Part shown: in pieces, positions 51,310 through 52,879 of the stretch | Position numbering within the stretch: position 1 is the stretch's first letter | Layout: each line of letters begins with the position of its first letter | Made by a program: the position numbers and the translations under genes | The notes under the pieces: generated by a model | Seen by the model: the letters and a program-made list of their open reading frames with translations, nothing else | Told to the model about the DNA's origin: nothing | Database searches by the model: none | IMG/VR virus record: IMGVR_UViG_3300045988_062993 | Coordinates: 1-52,879 of that record | DNA: 52,879 nt | Strand: one strand, 5' to 3' | DNA from: a virus

Positions 51310-52544
51310 GCTGCTTTCCTCCTGTTGTTCTGGATCATCGACCATCGGGCAACGCTCCACCGCGCTGCTTTCATGATCGTTTCGACCTGATATTTTTCTT
51401 CAAGGTTTGCGCTATCGCTGTTTGTAAACCAGCCGTTGTATGCGGTCAGCTTTGATGCACGCCAATGCGGAACATAGCCCAACATTGCAAGGTTACGCCC
51501 TGCGCGGATCAGCTGCCGCCTGATGCGGCGGAACACGCCTTTGCGGACGATGGTATATGTGCGGCGCACCGCGAATCCCATCATGTCCAGCGCCGGTGTA
51601 CGGTGTTTGCTTCCCTGCGCTCTGGCGGCTTTCGCACGCTTTTCTTCCTCGAATGATGCAAAGCGCACCTGCTGCCATGCCTGCTTTAACTCTAAGCCCA
51701 GTGTGGACTTTACCCAGCGGGTCGCCTTCTTCATCGCTTTCATCAGCTGTGATGCGTGCCCGATGATTACAAAATCATCCGCATAGCAGACGATCTCACG
51801 GACAAGCCGTGTCCCCGTGCCGCGCCGGACCTGCTTTAGGGATAGCAGGTATCGGAGAACATAGCTCATAACGTAGTTGAAAGCCCACGTTGAGAAATAC
51901 CCGCCGATTAACAGCACGCCGTCCGGGTAGTTTTCGGTCACAGCACCGGCATACCAGATCAGCTTTTTGTTCTTTCTGATGTCCCGCTTCAAAAGCGTTA
52001 TCACGCAGGCTATCGTTGTAGACGGATATGCTTTGTGCACATCGCCCTTGACTGCATCCAGTTTGCCAAGGATTTTCTTTCGGACGATCCGCTCAATCTG
52101 CCGCGTTCCCGCCACCTGTCCTTTGCCCGGGATGCTCCCGAACTGCATCGGCAGCAGCTTTGCATGGAGCAGCGGTTGCAGTGCATGGACAAGGATGTAC
52201 TCATGTACCTGCTGTTCCGGTGATTCCTGGCAAAGGTCCCGTTCCTTCATCTTGATGCCATCGATCCGCTTGAACTGCCGGACAGGTTTCAGGTCAAGGC
52301 ATTCGTCCCTAATCTTCTGTGTTTCCCGTTCGGCCACTGCGTCAATGGCATCAACGATCTTCCTGCACTCGTGGTTCTTTCGTTCATGAAACAGCTCCGG
52401 TTCAGAGATTTTTCCGGTCTTTGTTAGAACCGTTCTAAAATCCCTGCGCCGGAGTTTTCCGTTTCCAAACGCACAATGTACCGCTGACAGGTTGAAACCG
52501 ACATCCTCAATGTCAACGTCTTTTGGTTTACAAAATGTTTTCAT
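51306..52544 (-). CDS. Reverse transcriptase (DGR-type / group-II-like small RT)
   Basis: YxDD motif REIVCYADDFVIIG. Upstream motifs are FGSIPGKGQVAG, VKGDVHKAYPS and LLIGGYFSTWAFN. The thumb-like region is DMMGFAVRR. Confidence 0.85.
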   Translation of the reverse strand: MKTFCKPKDVDIEDVGFNLSAVHCAFGNGKLRRRDFRTVLTKTGKISEPELFHERKNHECRKIVDAIDAVAERETQKIRDECLDLKPVRQFKRIDGIKMKERDLCQESPEQQVHEYILVHALQPLLHAKLLPMQFGSIPGKGQVAGTRQIERIVRKKILGKLDAVKGDVHKAYPSTTIACVITLLKRDIRKNKKLIWYAGAVTENYPDGVLLIGGYFSTWAFNYVMSYVLRYLLSLKQVRRGTGTRLVREIVCYADDFVIIGHASQLMKAMKKATRWVKSTLGLELKQAWQQVRFASFEEEKRAKAARAQGSKHRTPALDMMGFAVRRTYTIVRKGVFRRIRRQLIRAGRNLAMLGYVPHWRASKLTAYNGWFTNSDSANLEEKYQVETIMKAARWSVARWSMIQNNRRKAA

Positions 52545-52680
52545 ATAAAAATCATCTGGTTCTTCAACGACTTTCGGGTTCAGGCTTTTGCCCTATGCTA
52601 CTAGCCGCCAGCAGGTTCCTTGTCCTGCCGCCACGGATGGACCCGCCCTTTCCTGCGGACGCAGCGCCGTGATGCTGGTT

Positions 52681-52879
52681 TCAAGAAATTTTCGCACATA
52701 AGCGCGGAATGCATGATGCAATGATTGATGATTTTTGGTGAACCAGTTGCACGCCAGCGCCGCCGTTCCAGTTCGCGTTACCGACCCAGTTGTTCGAGTT
52801 CGCCGCCGCCAAAGACGCATTGCCGCCGTTGTTCAAGTTGCAGCACCGCCAAGCCGCGCGGACACCGGACGCTGCCGGA
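52681..52879 (-). CDS. 3' end of the junction-spanning ORF begun at 1632, valid only if the circular join is real
   Basis: The frame is maintained across the 40-nt overlap: ...AAWRCC NLNNGGNASLAAANSNNWVGNANWNGGAGVQLVHQKSSIIASCIPRLCAKIS stop (TGA at 52683..52681). Confidence 0.4.
   Translation of the reverse strand, partial: PAASGVRAAWRCCNLNNGGNASLAAANSNNWVGNANWNGGAGVQLVHQKSSIIASCIPRLCAKIS
52765..52839 (-). repeat. DGR template-repeat-like segment (adenines confined to AAY codons)
   Basis: The 75 nt are aac ttg aac aac ggc ggc aat gcg tct ttg gcg gcg gcg aac tcg aac aac tgg gtc ggt aac gcg aac tgg aac. All 20 adenines lie in 9 AAC and 1 AAT codons. Confidence 0.6.
52840..52879. repeat. Terminal direct repeat (second copy of nt 1..40)
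   Basis: Exact 40-nt identity with the window start. Confidence 0.95.

Overview
The window looks like a complete temperate, contractile-tailed phage or prophage genome of about 52.8 kb. It is GC-rich and uses Firmicutes-style GGAGG ribosome-binding sites. The first 40 nt are repeated exactly at 52840..52879, so the window behaves as a circular contig.

Layout:
- Minus strand, 27144 down to 1: an RHH regulator, a long C-rich leader, two small-terminase-like genes, a GpA-type large terminase, gpW-like protein, lambda-type portal, ClpP-type protease/scaffold, decoration protein and gpE-type capsid. These are followed by connectors, sheath, tube, a frameshifted chaperone, tape measure, P2-like X/D/V/U/W/J/I baseplate and tail fibre.
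- After the tail fibre comes an unusual cluster: a 47-cysteine CXXX-repeat protein, two small proteins and a radical SAM/SPASM enzyme. Then comes a large tail protein whose ORF crosses the contig junction.
- Continuing across the junction on the minus strand, 52879 down to 49396: an Asn-codon-rich template-repeat-like segment, a reverse transcriptase (a DGR-like cassette), two CD1375-like mini-proteins, an M15 endolysin, an LL-H-type holin and an XhlA-like protein.
- Plus strand, 46383..49330: an XRE repressor, a DUF4236 membrane protein and a large serine integrase.
- Minus strand, 46218 down to 32350: early genes. These include a circularly permuted, homopolymer-interrupted C5-methyltransferase, a 3D-domain protein, a PAPS-reductase-like protein, an HUH Rep, DUF1064 and a sigma-like late activator. 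They are interrupted by terminator plus tRNA-like non-coding modules.
- Plus strand, 27373..32112: an operon of small unknown genes separated by a conserved hairpin repeat.

No CRISPR array, rRNA or canonical tRNA could be supported. Product names come from motif recognition by eye, not from searches.
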